Source: Moniliella sp. 'wahieum'
Lineage: Eukaryota
Direction: 5' to 3'
DNA: 64,000 nt
NCBI GenBank assembly: GCA_003971905.1
Contig: RSEE01000016.1
Coordinates: 806,001 to 870,000 of the forward strand
Below are positions 1-13,251 of this stretch, piece by piece. The notes under the pieces were generated by a model, which was not told the origin of the DNA, did no database searches, and was given only the letters and a program-made list of their open reading frames with translations. How positions within the stretch are numbered: position 1 is the first letter of the stretch; the number at the start of each line of letters is the position of its first letter. Both the position numbers and the translations under genes were made by a program.

Positions 1-45
1 TCACATGTCACAGTCACATGTCACAGTCACGCGTCACACAGCTGA
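1..45. repeat. 7-bp-register TCA-palindrome array
   Basis: TCA CATG TCA cag TCA CATG TCA cag TCA CGCG TCA. Confidence 0.85.
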
Positions 46-545
46 GAAAAGTGCGGACCCGCCGGCTTGGCAAAAGCTGAGGCATGTAGCACTACTAGAA
101 TACGTCCGAGCGATGGAGACACCGAGAATCTAAGAGTGGGGGTTTTGTCACTTATTCATGCTTACCGCTTAATCCTACCCGCATGGCATAGCACTTGATT
201 GAATACAGTACACATGTGATCTACTTCCAGTTGCCGAACGCGCCGCACGTACACACAAAAGCGAGTCTTTTGTTATAGTATGTCTGAGCTACCATTCACT
301 GAGTACTGATGTTTACTATGGTGATAATCGGTAACCTCTACCGACTCTTGTTCTATGTCGATCGCCAATGCCAAGGGGCCGGGAGGAGCGCTCTGGAGTG
401 GGGAGACGCAAAATTCATCATGGACTGAACCCTCTCCACACAACAGGCCCGGTTTTCTTATTTGCGAGCATACAAGACGCAGCGTTCCTTCTTCTTCTGG
501 CCCACCACCGCGTCTCTTCACTAATAACCGCAACCACTGTACTCC

Positions 546-2145
546 ATGCAACTATTCTCCAAGTTGCGAGGAACGTCTGAAAAGACCAGCGAAAAGACTG
601 AAAAGGCCAAAAAGCATGCCGATGATCCCATGGACGGTCCAGTGTCCAAAAGGGGGTATAAGAAGCTCGTGACGCCAGATGAGCTCAAAGCAATTACGCC
701 ATTTGCCTTTACTAACGATTCATCTAACGATCTCGGCCGTTCTTATTCTGATCGTCTGCCCTACATCGAGGGCTTCGAGGCCTTATTGCCTTCGAGGTTT
801 GCTTATGGTCCTTCTTCCGCATCCTCGCCCCGGGTATGCATTTCAGCCCCCCTCCCCCCCTTATTTTGGGGCCGTCACTGACTCGTGTTTCCAATAGCCA
901 TTGCCGCTGATACGGATGAGTTCAACGTCCGGCCAGCACCCTTTCTTGATCACACGCCTCAATGGCATAGCAGGGTACGCAAGGTTTTTCAGCCCTTGCT
1001 ATGGGACGGCAGCCTGCAGGCGACTTTTTTCTTTCTCATATCCGCTCGTGTCAACGTCCACACGTTCATTGAGCGCCGTAACAACACCTCCATTGCTGGT
1101 GCTGCCTTTCGCCGTCCTATTCGCATCTACTTCCCTCTTGTGATCGCCTTGGCTTGCGTGACCATCATGTCATCTCAGAATGCGTTTAGCACCGCGGAAT
1201 CTCTGGCTGGCGAAATGGAAAACACTTTTGGCGCCCCGGCGGCCAAATGGACAAGCGTACTCACCTTCTTGGACTCGTTCACCGCTTACGTCTTTGACAA
1301 TACGAACGCCATCCATACGGTTCCCATGGATTTCTTCCCGCCTCGCGGTGTACTCTGGACTGTTACTCGAAACTTTATTCAGACCTACTCGCTTTACCCA
1401 TTCGCCATTCTCCTTCCGTTCATTCGCGGATGGCCCAAGCTCTATTTTGGGTTATCCTTTGGCTTTGGTCCTGGTGGCTTGGGAACTTTTCTTACTACAC
1501 TCTGAGCGGGCTCTTTTTAGCTGAAGCGGTCGTAGTATACGATCTTGGTTCGCTCACTACCAAAAAGATGTTCAAAGTTGTGCCTGTTTGGACTATCCCG
1601 GTCTTTTGGCTATGTGTCGGAGTGACGCTCAAGTATGTGTTTGGTGATGCTTTCCCGGACCATCGAAACGAATGGGTCGCCCATGACGACTCGCAGACGG
1701 GGTTGCTCAAGACTGGTTTTAATCCCTCGGCAACTGGGTATCCTCGCATTGACGACTGGTTTGTTGCAGCAAATGCGATGGTCCTTTTGGAGATGTTCAG
1801 TTGGGCACGTTTTCTCTTCGGCAAGAACCCCGTTCTCCGTTTCCTAGGTCGGATATCATACTCTCTCTTCCTCGTCGAGGGTGCAATTTTCCAATCTCTT
1901 GGTCCCCTCATTTGGAAGCACATGGTGTCTTCTGGCCACCAGACCGGCTCAGCCGCAATTATTGCTGCTCAATTCTTTGCATGTGTCCCGCTCGCCATCG
2001 CTGTTGCCACGATCTTTCATATTTGGTCGAGATGCCCACCGACCGATTTGCCCGATGGGCCTACATTTGGTTACTAAGGACGATTGACGCATGCATATTA
2101 GGCCGTGCTTCTTTGCTTGCGCGGACCACTCGTACACGCACCTAA
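546..2145 (+). CDS. Acyltransferase family 3 (membrane O-acyltransferase-like), frameshifted in this assembly
   Basis: RLPYIEG(L)RG N-terminal motif (needs +1 base at ~772), FFFLISAR, and LRFLGRISYSLFLVEG motifs typical of Acyl_transf_3; multiple hydrophobic segments; GT..CTGAC..AG intron 834-897. The 3' end is uncertain (2087 or 2145). Confidence 0.75.
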
Positions 2146-2597
2146 TACACACACTCTTAACCGTAGAAATCCCTTAATACTACACGCACACATAGTCGTC
2201 ATCAATGGGCACACCTTCTGTTGGGTCCTGACCCTCGGTCCTGTGCTCCTAATGGTGAAGTAATGTTACTTTCTCCATTTTTCGTCTTCCATATCGGCAT
2301 ACATTCATTCCCAATGGACTTGTGCATATTACGGTTGTTAGTTTTCCTCTGAATGTGGCATCGACTTTTTCAGTATAATGTTGATGTCTCTACGAACCGG
2401 TTTTTGTCATCAATATAGCCAGTGCTCTTAGCTTGTGTCTCTCTCTCTTATTATGTGGACAGATTGGAAATGAGCGTCACATCCGGCGTATAGTGATGAC
2501 GGCTCTGTACGGAAAAAAGATTGGGAGCGAGAGTGAAGCTAGTGAGGGTCTGTTTCACACATAGTATCTTGGTTGGGGTTTGGCGGCATTATACGTA

Positions 2598-2685
2598 CCA
2601 AGTAACACACGCAAGATGAACGGGTCGGTTTAGGTGTAGCGTTTCCCTGTCCCATCCTTGATCTCTGTCAATGATATGGATGCAG
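2598..2685 (+). repeat. Dispersed repeat family, copy A
   Basis: ccaagtaac..gcaagatgaacgg.tcggtttag..gtagcgtt..cctgtccca.cctt...ctctgtcaatgatatg; roughly 10 differences over ~84 nt versus copy C, counted by eye. Confidence 0.9.
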
Positions 2686-2858
2686 TACAGGGGCCGTAGT
2701 GAAAATGCGGAGAGGGGAAGAGTTGAATTTTTTGATGTGGCCGCGGCGAGTGTGACGGTGCGGTGTGAGGCCTCACATGCCTCACACCTGAGGCGGGCTT
2801 AGAGATCTGACGGTAAATCACATATGCTATTAGATGCACAGCTATCCCATGAAGTGTT

Positions 2859-3420
2859 TGTCACATGTCAGTACTCAGTACGTACTCAGTGTTATCCGTC
2901 CTTTGAGCAAGAACAATGCATCATAGCCATTCTATATTCTACCACACGGTTACGGATGAGTTATATTCCGGTTACCCATTTATTAACCGATTTTTGCATG
3001 TTAAAAGTCAGGACTCTTCCACGGTCCTTAGTAACTACTAGTGACTAGTTACTCATGCTGCCTGCTATCTGTCACACACAAGACTTCCTACGCGTCAGAT
3101 TATGTTGGGTTCCCCTCCCTATTCCATAGCCACAAAACAGCAAACAACACATTAAGCCGTTCCGCGGGCCCGAGGGGGGACAAAGAGCCCATTCTTCAGT
3201 TGGCTCACCGGTCGCCCCCCTTGACCAAAACCATGGCCCGCCGTGAAGCAATTGAAGGGAGCTTCGCCCGAGTACGTCTGTGTATCCAACACATTCTGTG
3301 AGTTGTGAGTTGTGAGTACAGTAAAGTGTACTTAGTATACTGAGTACTGACAATTGGTGACTATGTGTCTCCAGGCCCCAGGTCAGAGCTTCCAAGCTTC
3401 AAGCTTCAAGCTTCACGCGT
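2859..3420. repeat. Cluster of 7-bp-register T[CG]A-palindrome arrays
   Basis: TCA CATG TCA GTAC TCA at 2861; TGA CTAG TTA at 3042; TGA GTAC TGA at ~3341; (CAAGCTT)x3 then CACGCGT at 3393-3420. Confidence 0.85.
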
Positions 3421-5312
3421 CGCTGCACTAGTGACTATTTAGCGTCTACTAGCTAGTGCTACAAGTAATGCCCACCAAGTACTAATCAAAAGTCAAACGC
3501 ACCGGCTTCATAGATCATATCACAAATATATGTCCCAGAGGTCAGGGTCTGGGTTCCGCGATTTTCGCCGCAGACAGGCAACGGAGGTGGAACAACGAAC
3601 TGATGGAAAGGAATGGCTCGAATGGGAATCAGACGCAGGATTTGTTGAGGAGGACGACAAGAAGTCTTTCTAAGGTCTATCCGACAGACAATGAAACAGA
3701 GAGTACCGATCGTCAGCGCCCTACACGTTTGTTTAGATGGACAACATCAAACTAAGTAGAGGGTGAGCTGCATGTGAGCAGTAGCCAAAAATGTAGCGAG
3801 GAAGATGCTGTCGAGGCATTGTCACGGGCCGATACCGCCAGGGGGATCACCCGGGTTCTTGGGGTACAATCTCTTAGGAGACGGAAGATCGACTCACGGT
3901 AGTTTCCGGCTTGTGGTAGTTGGTGAATCCGAGCGGAGCTATAGGGGAGGAGGAGAAGCCTTTGGGAGGGCGACTGCACGTGTGGCAAGGCTGCGTCTAC
4001 ACCGGCTTGGGCCGTAGTAGTAAGGTGTCTGAAGCCTCCGGGGCTTAGGGACGGGAGGAGGCAGAGGTGGACATACACTGCCCCAACTGAGACAGGATAG
4101 AGACTAGAAATCGAGAGACGCGGCCGAAGGGGGCTCGCGCAACTGGACTGATGGAGTGCTGGAGGACGAGGTCGGAAGAAGAGTCGGGAGCTACCAAAAG
4201 AGGAGGCTGCCTGTACTGGATCAATCGTCTGGAAAACGGGCAGGAGTCGGACACGATAGGCAGGAAATGACGAGAATGTTGACTGTGATCCTCCGGCTCC
4301 CGGTCGGTAGACCAGGTTCGCCTCGGTTCCATCGGCTTCCACGCTGGGAGTGTCCCCGCCGTGTCACTGTCCCTGCGCCCTGCGTTCTCCCTGTGTGCCT
4401 CACTGGTCCTGTGTCTAGTCCGGCCTCCGATATAGATATGCCTCTGTACCCACATCCAACTCTGGCTCTAATCCACCACCTTCTCCTCATCCTTCTGCCC
4501 GTCCGGCTCCCTAGGTCCCCAAGAATGGAGGGTGGGGAAAAGATCCCCACCGACCAGGAGGGGTACAGAGGCTAAATCAAATGGGGAAATGGACACAAGA
4601 GGGGGCGTAGAAAAGAAGACACGTCAAAAGTGGGGTTGGTCACCGCGGGCGCGACCGAAAAAGGAAAGGGCGACGGACGTCGCAAAGATACTGAATACTT
4701 GATGGCCACATTTAGGCCAACCGACTTAGACTTGGGCGGGGGAGACTACTGTCGCGCGCACGCCTGGCTACTCGGGCCACGTACATGGTGCAACCAACCA
4801 TCGTCAACTTGGTTCTGCTTGGGGGCGCGCTTCACTGGGCATGTGCAGAGCTGAGGCGGGCCTTAGCTTGGGTCAGACCATCTTGGATCCGAAGCGGCCC
4901 GTAACACGCACTGTGCACAAAGTATGCGAGGAGATGTCTGAGGAAAACAACCTTCGTATGCGTTATTGAGTTCCCTTTTAGGGAGAGTGGACACTGAAGG
5001 CCCAGCAATGCCCTCGAGCAAACACTGAAGATGCCGAACCAACGCTATTAGACGAGTGCAATGATGCATATGGGAAAATCCTATAGCACACCCAACACAC
5101 GTATTAGCCAAAACCCACACAGAGAGCGAGATCACACAGCCTATGATCCCTCCGTTACCTCGGAGAATGCTAGACGTGTTGGGTAGTCTCTGACACCTCC
5201 ATTTGTCAAGGATATTCTCTCAACAATAGTGGATAGGAGCAGCTCATAGCCCAGGAGCAGCAAGTTCTGTCACCCAGTGGTGACCAACCCCTCCACGATT
5301 CCCGTTATCTTA

Positions 5313-5456
5313 TGATCTCCTGGCGATTCCCCTGGCTCCTTAAGTGGGATTAGCGCTACCAAAAGCAGCACAAGTAAGATGAAGGGGTCGATTTAGGGGT
5401 AGCGTTTCTCTGTCTCAGCTTAAACTCTGTCAATGATGGTATGGATGCAGAATAGA
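5313..5456 (+). repeat. Dispersed repeat family, copy B
   Basis: tgatctcctggcgattcccctggctcctt ... aagatgaagggg tcgatttagg gtagcgttt ... ctctgtcaatgat..atggatgcag; aligns to copy A (3' part) and copy C (full length). Confidence 0.85.
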
Positions 5457-5639
5457 GATGATAGAGGATTTTATCTAAAGAGATGGAGTTGGGGCGTCAC
5501 ATGTCACATGTCACATGCACAGCGTCACAAAATCATGTCACTGCATGACGCGGACGTCGGGAAAACCATCACATCAGCGCAATGTCACACACACTGCGAT
5601 GCCATGTATTGTAGTCCTTTTGGCAGAGACCGTTGGGCA

Positions 5640-5710
5640 TCTATTCTCTCCCATGTCATTGACAGAGCTTAAGGTTGTTGGGACACAGAAAAACGCTGCG
5701 GCTAATCCGC
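5640..5710 (-). repeat. Dispersed repeat family, copy D (inverted relative to B)
   Basis: Reverse complement reads ...cagcgtttttctgtgtccca..ccttaagctctgtcaatgacatgg..gagaataga, matching the 3' half of copies B and C. Confidence 0.75.
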
Positions 5711-6161
5711 ATCCAGCGTATGGGTGATAAAACGTCTCCAGCGTGGAATGGTGGAACGGTGGAACACGGTGTGGTTACGGTGGCGACACGGTGGCCCAGC
5801 ACCCAGTCTATCGACATCCGCGCGACAGGCTGGGGCGAAGCCCCGCAGACCGGGCCGTAGGCCCACAGTAGTCTCTAGTAATATGTAATGCATAACTGCA
5901 TAACTGCAGAACTGACCATAGAGGTCAATGCACAGAAGAGCAGCTGTAGAGGATCACAAAATACTTTAACATACGCATTTTAGGAAGGATGAGGGCACCA
6001 AAAACGGAACAGAAGTTGGGTATCAAGATGGAAGGAGCGCCAGTATAGCCTGTTAGACTATACTAGTGTCCGTCATCACTGAGGAAAATCTGGAGAGATG
6101 GTGGCACAGGATACGATCGGCTATTAAGAGAGGCGGCAGCTCCCTCCCCCTCCCAAGCTAC

Positions 6162-7494
6162 TTACGCTGGAAATAGAAACCTCAATGATGGGTGACGACG
6201 GCTCGCTGGGACGAGAAACCGGTATACTTCATCTTGGGTTTCCCGATCCTTATCACTGTACCGGGATGGCCGTTTGAACCCCAAATTACCCTTCTCGGTG
6301 TTTTAAGAGAGGCGGGACGAGTGATGGTCACCATGTGTTTGGTGTTTGTGCCACACAATCGTGCTAGGACGGGGACGGAGGGATTCGCCTTGTTGGCTTG
6401 CCGCGGGAGAGCTCTTTAACCGCCTGGGCCATTTTGATCGTGGCACACTGCTCTACTTCCTCAGCAGTAGTTGGGTGTTGGCCTGTATCTGGGTGAACCA
6501 GATCCTTGACAGCAATGGGGGGTAAGGAGATGGTGCGGAACTTCACCTCTACAAATGCACCAACAAAGACTTTGCCTTGGCCTCCGCAGGTGTCGCATTT
6601 GGTTGTGCCGCGAGCGTCGCACATCAAGCAAGCATGGATCCTGCGACCGTTACAATTGGCGCAGGTTGTACTATTACGGACGCCTGTGCCTTCGCACCAA
6701 AAGCACTCGTCCGGATCCCCCTTGACAGAGCAGACAGGTAGAGTAGCCTGTGGCGTGGCAGTGTGAGCACTCGACCATGACTTCGAATTCAGGCAGGGCG
6801 AACGGGTCTTCTTGACCTTGGCTTTTCAGTAGGGATGTGAGAGCTGGTGTCCAAAGGAAGGAGCCAAGCTGGGGCAATGTTGGCACTTGCTCCACTGTGT
6901 CGATCATCTGAGCTCGCTCGGATGGTAGTTCGGAAGCCAAGGGCTTCCACACGGATTCCCTATTTTCAAGCACCGCCACTCCACGAATCACGCTTTGCTC
7001 TGTTACATGCTCAATTTTTACCTTTAGTGAAGCCATGAGCTCCTCTTCTTCTTCGGGAGAATGGGCTTGAACCGTGCCGCACAGCCTTGACCACCGCAGG
7101 TGGATTTTCGTGAGGTTTGCGCACTTTTCCTTGCCAGGATCAGCACGATGGGTCAAAAAAGGGTATTGCTCACAATACGATCCCGAAGTTCATTCTTTGT
7201 TGGAGGTCGCACCTCGTGGTTCAAAAAGGCGAACTGCACATCCGATACGGATACGTTGGAAAACAGCTTGGCATCAGCAGCCCCTTCTTGAGAGTATAGC
7301 AAGGCTGCACTTGGGATTTCATTATCCTCCCTCTGTTTCCCTTTGACCCACTCTCGATTCGTTTTGATATCTTCGACCCTTTCTTGTTGGCTCGAGTCAT
7401 TCTCCTCGAGTGCGGGGGTAGACAGTGACCGATTTGGACTCAGCTCGTGGGAAGATACAGAACAGGGTACCTGGGTGTTTGCAACGCCGGCCAT
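6162..7494 (-). CDS. SSUH2-like protein with DnaJ-type CxxCxGxG zinc-finger repeats (frameshifted)
   Basis: CSHCHATG, CLLCQG, CFWCEGTG, CANCNG, CLMCDARG, CDTCGGQG repeats followed by FVEVKF; pieces spread over ORFs 7153-7530, 6674-7156 and 6364-6627. Confidence 0.65.
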
Positions 7495-8219
7495 ACCTTG
7501 GCGATGACGATGATAAGATATAATAACCACTAGCTAGGACTTTGCAAGAGACTCCATTTGTTAGCAAAACCAACCTGGATAGGGCGTGTGTTACTCAGCT
7601 TAAGAGGGCTTCATACCTTCAGGAGCGATGTTCGCCTGTAGCATGGAGCACAAGTCCTCAATTTCGGCTCAAGAGGTGGATCAATGGTAAAACTGGGGGG
7701 ACAGTCAGACCGATCATGGTGTAGGTTGGGCATGAGAAGGACGCTCATGAGGGACGTGCGGCAAAAGAGGGAAACTGTCGAGAGAGGTTTTGGCTGTGCC
7801 CTGCGTTAAAAACGGGCGCGAGGAACTGCAGGAGTTCACAGGCCCGGCAAGCAGATACAGCTAATATATTTTCTAGGAAAATCAGTAGTGCACTTTAATG
7901 TTAACAGTATGAAGCGAAAAGAGTCGGCTGGCACTTACTGTCGGCTGCATGGGGAAAACCACATATCATAATAATTCTGCCCCAACAGTTCGTAATTCAT
8001 CAGACACGATGCCCCTGGAGGGATTGTACTTTACCCAACTCGCGGAGTTGGGTGTTTATAGCTGTAGTGTTGGTCGTCAGCCAGGTTATTTCCCGATATA
8101 GCCTGCTGTTCATTATTCTCAGTGTCTCTTTTTGGTCTGTGCCGTTCCCGCGCATCATGCATAATCGACATAATCGATCGTCGATCTCATCACTTATAGG
8201 CGAAACATATGGGGAGACG

Positions 8220-8288
8220 CACGCGGGGGCGAATCACGCGGGGCGATCACGCGGGGCGAATCACGCGGGCACACACGTGGGGGCGAAA
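8220..8288 (+). repeat. Imperfect ~13-15 bp tandem repeat (cacgcggggcgaat)
   Basis: About 5 degenerate copies read directly. Confidence 0.8.
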
Positions 8289-8314
8289 CCAGGCAAAACT
8301 TAAGGTTTAATGTT

Positions 8315-8690
8315 CACTCATGCACCATGCATGAGCATGAGCGCTGTTGAACGTTGAGCCTGAGCCACAGGAGCCTTGTGACATGTGACATGTGAATGAA
8401 GTCGGAAAGCAAACCATCCAGGCGGCATAGTAGTCTGTTTCGGAGATTCCGAAGTCGATGATCAATGATCGATGATCTATCCTCCTTCCTCGGCTCCGGT
8501 TGCTAGTTACGCGTTACGCGTTAAGCTAGTTACTAGTTATGGCTTATTTACTCTCGTTCCACCCCCCCGCACTGTTTGTGACATGTGACATGTGACATGC
8601 GATTGGCGGGAGAGAGCGCTGCGGGTGCAGCAACAGTATCTTCGTGGTGAGCCAGTGAGACCACGTCTGAGGCCTGAGGGCCTGACCGGC
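8315..8690. repeat. Dense cluster of 7-bp-register palindrome arrays
   Basis: TGA ACGT TGA; (TGACATG)x2-3 at ~8379 and ~8579; TGA TCGA TGA at 8466; TTA CGCG TTA CGCG TTA AGCT..TTA CTAG TTA at 8507-8539; TGA GGCC TGA at ~8668. Confidence 0.9.
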
Positions 8691-9235
8691 GACCGCCATA
8701 ATAGCCTACTGAGCACATCCTGAGCCTGAAGAGTGTTGCGACGGTGACTGGCTTCACCGATCGCGGTGCACTTCCAGCTTCATAGCTCCGAGGCTCCGCG
8801 GGCTCCGAGTGCGCTGATGCGCGCGTACCAGCGTATTAAGCCAACGACTAGTAGCCTTCTCCTGTAGCCTTTTGTCCTGCTTCTCCTACCACCAACGCCT
8901 ATTATCTCTAGCCCGCAATGGATCGCCTACGCTACTGTCCTAATCGCTTCAGCATCCATTACGGTCTCTATAGCAGAGTGGCCAGGACGCGGCCAGGACG
9001 TCTTCGCTGCAAGAGGTCGAGGAGGTGAGTTCGACTAATTTGACCCCCCGCAGACACATCCCTTAAATTCGGCGCTCTCGGGGGGCATGGTTGTGACGTG
9101 TGCGTGATGTGTGATGCATGTACATTTTCACTTCTTAAAAGGATAGTATGGAGTCAGTACCTGTCAGTAGACTCATACTCCGTATTCATACTCGTATTAA
9201 TAGTTACCCCGAGAATATTTGTATAGTATTCATCA

Positions 9236-9400
9236 TCAATATTCAATGCTCAGGCCCTGAGGCCCTGAAGCTGAGCAGTCACAGACTGACTAGTAACATG
9301 TGACAGTCTGTAGCAACGTCCTGAGCCATCCCTGCTATGGAGACTGCAAGGAATGTGAATGGCTGAGCGCTGAGCTCAGCGCTGAGGCTCAGCGCTGAGA
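9236..9400. repeat. Cluster of 7-bp-register palindrome arrays
   Basis: TCA ATAT TCA at 9236; TGA CTAG TAA CATG TGA at 9287; T[GC]A GCGC TGA x3 at 9364-9398. Confidence 0.9.
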
Positions 9401-11063
9401 GGTGTTCCCAATGTTTTCATATATCTAGTACGAATCATCCCTCGCGCGCAGAGCCTACTGTAAAATAACTTTTGTTTTCTGGTCCTCTCTTCTTTTTTAA
9501 TTCATGGCATGAGAGGGCACACACCTTTTTTTGATAGAAACCGTCGTCACTTGTATCCGCAACAGCTCTTCGAGCTCGCCAGGGCTCACCTCCAACACAC
9601 CATGTAGTAATCACATATGTGTGGATATCGCACACACAGGTGGCTTGAACGTTTGGGTTTTGGTCGAATATCTGTAGGCTCGGTTCCCGACGGCTATTCT
9701 TATTCTTCATTCGAATACAAGCTACTTCGAGACTCTCTCATCTGCGCCTGCATTTCCTCTCTACCCCAAGTATAGATAGTACCTGTGTGGTCTTCTCTTT
9801 TTATCACTCTCTTCTGATCTTCGCGGTGGATGTTATATGCTCCTCTTCACTCTTTCTTCTTCGTCTCTTCCTTTTTTCTTTTGATACAATTCCGACATCG
9901 GTTTTTGAAGATATATGGAGCCACAGTGTCAAGAAACGGGGGAAATGGAGGAAAGAGGGGCAGATGAATTCTTGGATACATCTATGGACGGACTGGAGGC
10001 ATATATTATGTATACCTCCTAAGGAATGGGGCACAGTTTGTTGAGAGAGGTGGAGACATGATCTCCCAACCGATAAGAATCACGCATACGGGCCTAGTTT
10101 GGCCAAGGGCCCCCTTAGCACGGTGCGAGTCTGAAGCACACGGTCTTCTGACGATTGTATTACACTTTCGTATTTTATGGGTCCCAAAAAGAGATGCCAT
10201 ATAGCCATATTAGCTGTTGTAGAAGATGAGACCTTACCTCCCCGCCCCCCCCGTATCAACAGCGAAACATAGTTTTTGGTTCCCATCACATAACTGGGCT
10301 TACCACACCGTCGGCCATTCCTCCTTTTTACCGCTTTACGTTTGGATATATATATAGTATATATAGGTGAATTATCATTTCCCTCTGTTGAAGGAAGAGT
10401 ATGTATGACAACCACAACAAAAAAACACCTGAAGGTGTCACATAATATCGAGACAGTCGACCACGCGGATGACAGAATCCTCTAGTGGTGTCTCTTTTCA
10501 GGCGCGCGTGTCAACATGACCCAAACATGTGGCCGTTTTCGGATCGCTTCATGTCGATCGCGTATGTACCAGGAGAGGAATAAAGAAGAGATGTTAAAAA
10601 TGACTTCGCTCTGACTTGGACGGGTTGAATATCGATTGCTTAGTAGTAGGCGCGCTACACCAATGCTTTATAGGGGTAGTTGAAAACCAAAGACTATACA
10701 CCAACATATTACACACTCATACACGCGCTTGGCAAGCTGTTCTGAAAGGTTGCTACTTAGCCTTCTTTCTTGGACCTGACAGACACTTTTTAGGAGAAGA
10801 CAAATAGCATCAGGAAGCAGAACCAGTCTAGCACACGGTAAAGAATCACCCAGAACGTTGGTCAACATTGTGGTGTTCTCTTATGATTAAAAAGAAAAAA
10901 AAAAGAAGTAATAAGAATTGAGAATGGCTTTCCCATTTCTTGAAGATCAACGTCAACAGATTGTGTGCGTTGTTGAGATACTGAAGACGGGAAAGAGAGC
11001 TGCTCGGCCTCGAAAACCTCATGTGGTTGCCGAAATCTTTAGACGATCTGGCACGATAGTCGC

Positions 11064-11711
11064 TCAAGAGCAGTAAAGGTCAGAGGTGCTGGAATCAAAC
11101 TGGCAAGCTGTGCCGTAGTAATCCGTAGAAGGTTTGATGTAACCCCCATCGCTTTGACTGTTGAAGTGATTGTCAGGTCCCCACATGTAAAGCAGTCGTA
11201 GCTGAGAGCCAAAAAGTTAGTCATAGTTTATACACTTTTGTCAGGTATATGTTGCATGGGATGGGAAACGTTACTCTGTGTGGAGGGGGCCCTTGGAGAA
11301 CTTGACAGATGTCTTGTCGCTCATCTGATTGGTCCGGCTCACAACATAAGCCATGTTGTAGCACACGCCGCCGTCGCCTGCGACGGGCGGGAGTTCCAAT
11401 GTTTGCCGTCGTCTGCTTGGTAAAGTTCTCGCGTGCCTGAATACCAAAAGGGAATATCGGTCATCCATTCAACCAGTCAGTCACATGGACCAGCACAAAA
11501 GGCAGCCGGGGTGGGTGCATACCGATCCCACTCGGAATGTCACCAATAACGCTAACTGCCTCGTTGACCGCTTTCGTTACCAGCGTACTTGCCGCCGTGG
11601 TCAAAATGGCCACCGCATATGGGTTTTGGCGAGCTTTCAGTTCCAGTGCCGGAGCAGCTGTAGCCAGGACAGCAGCCGAGGCGAAAGCAGCAAAGATCAG
11701 GTGAACTTCAT
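11064..11711 (-). CDS. Small secreted cysteine-containing protein (effector-like), 3 exons, frameshifted
   Basis: Signal peptide MKFT(L)IFAAFASAAVLATA-AP; ELKARQ propeptide-like site; introns 11522-11437 and 11274-11202 (GT..AG, the second with CTAAC); mature motifs ARENFTKQTT, VCYNMAY, HTDYDC, SDGGYI, CQFDSSTSDLYCS*. Confidence 0.75.
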
Positions 11712-13251
11712 GTTGGCAGCGATAAAAATAAGCGGAAGGGAAAGAAGAGAGGCGAGTGAAGTGTGGTCCAAGACGAGTAGAAGGGGTGCTTTGAATAGAG
11801 GCGATGGCATATCCCTCACCCCCACTTTTTATACGCATCTCTCGTGGAGTAGGTCGGTGTGGTGGATTCAATCACTTGCAACCATGGATGGAAGTCGGCA
11901 TCGTATTTTCCCATTCGGGCAGTTGCAGGCCCACACGTAAGAAGAAATGGAAATATCCTCACGTACACACATCATGTTCTAAACATGATTGGGTTCTGAC
12001 TCATCTGCCAGCCTCCCTCTCAACATGTTTGATCATGATAGCCAAAACATTGTCGGTACCGCATTCCAAAGAAGGTGGTGCAAGCCCTTTCACCGCAGCA
12101 ATCCCCAGTTGGGCGTGGGAGCCATCGTTTGCTAACCACAAAAACAAGAGATATATGACGTCGAAGTTGCGTTGCTGGGACAACAAGTGAAGCAGGTGAA
12201 TTGTCGGAAGCGAACGTGCCCACCAACCCTGGCACCTGTGAATACTTGGGGACGGGGTGATGGCCAAAAATTCAACAGGGCTACGTGGGGCTGTGGTCTC
12301 TGATCGAATAGGAATATGAGGCTGAGGTAAAGTGGAGCGCAAAAGATAGAAAGAAAGACAATATAATGGACGGCTTTTTAGGCGCCTGTGTACCCTCTTC
12401 TCAGAATGCTATAATGCCTGTTCTCCGCAGAAGTGATGAGAGACACGCGGTCGCGGATCGGACCCAAACCATAAGGTACGATGGTTCCTAGTAGTACTTC
12501 AACTCGGTTCAACGTCTTCAACCTCCAGTCGTTCACCGTTCACACGTATCTCACAGACGTCCCCAGTATTATTTCAGTGTATTGTGGGACTGAGAGTACT
12601 CGCTGAGTACGGAACTGAGTATTACTGAGAGGGTACCCCATACAAAGAAGGTTAGATCTTAGACAGAGGCAATCTGTGATCCATTAGCACGCATGTTAGG
12701 AAGTGGTGTAAAGCTTGAAGCTTGAAGTGTGGTGGAACAAAGTGGAGCAGTGGAGCGTATGTTTTGCTTATAATAGCAAAAAGAGTGTGTCCCGTCTTGC
12801 CTCGGTCGTTGTTATCGATCATCGTTGCCTATCTCCGTGATCTGCCCACGTGAAATTGATGCGCATCCACTGCAGCGATCAAGCTTCAAGACAGCGGAAC
12901 CGACAAAAGGGAGTGGGGGCCGGGAGGCTAGTCGGACCGATGATTTTAACGATGAACATAACGCGATATCTACTACTCAAGCTCATTACATACTGCTTCG
13001 GCTGCTTGAACAAGCAGAATGCGACAAGAACGCCAAGTACCAGGGACGCACTCAAGAACCGTTTTTCCCCTGGTTTTGACGACGCGAGGATACTACGGCA
13101 CCAAGACGGCGGGCAAGTTGTTTGCGCATTGGAAGGAGTTGGCTACTAAGTCTCAGTGGAAATGGTTCCTCGCTCGTATGTCAACCACGTTCCTCCGTGT
13201 CCACACGCGCTTCCTAGGGTACGGGACCGGATGGCGTGAGCCGGAGGGTCC

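Noticed and set aside
4440..4572. 12-bp inverted repeat gcctctgtaccc / gggtacagaggc
   Set aside because: Single short pair with no TSD and no other copies; may be chance.
8315..9400. Runs of restriction sites (HindIII, MluI, SpeI, StuI, AfeI etc.) resembling a synthetic polylinker
   Set aside because: They are degenerate, scattered through all intergenic regions, share one scaffold and lack vector features. They are treated as the natural heptamer arrays.
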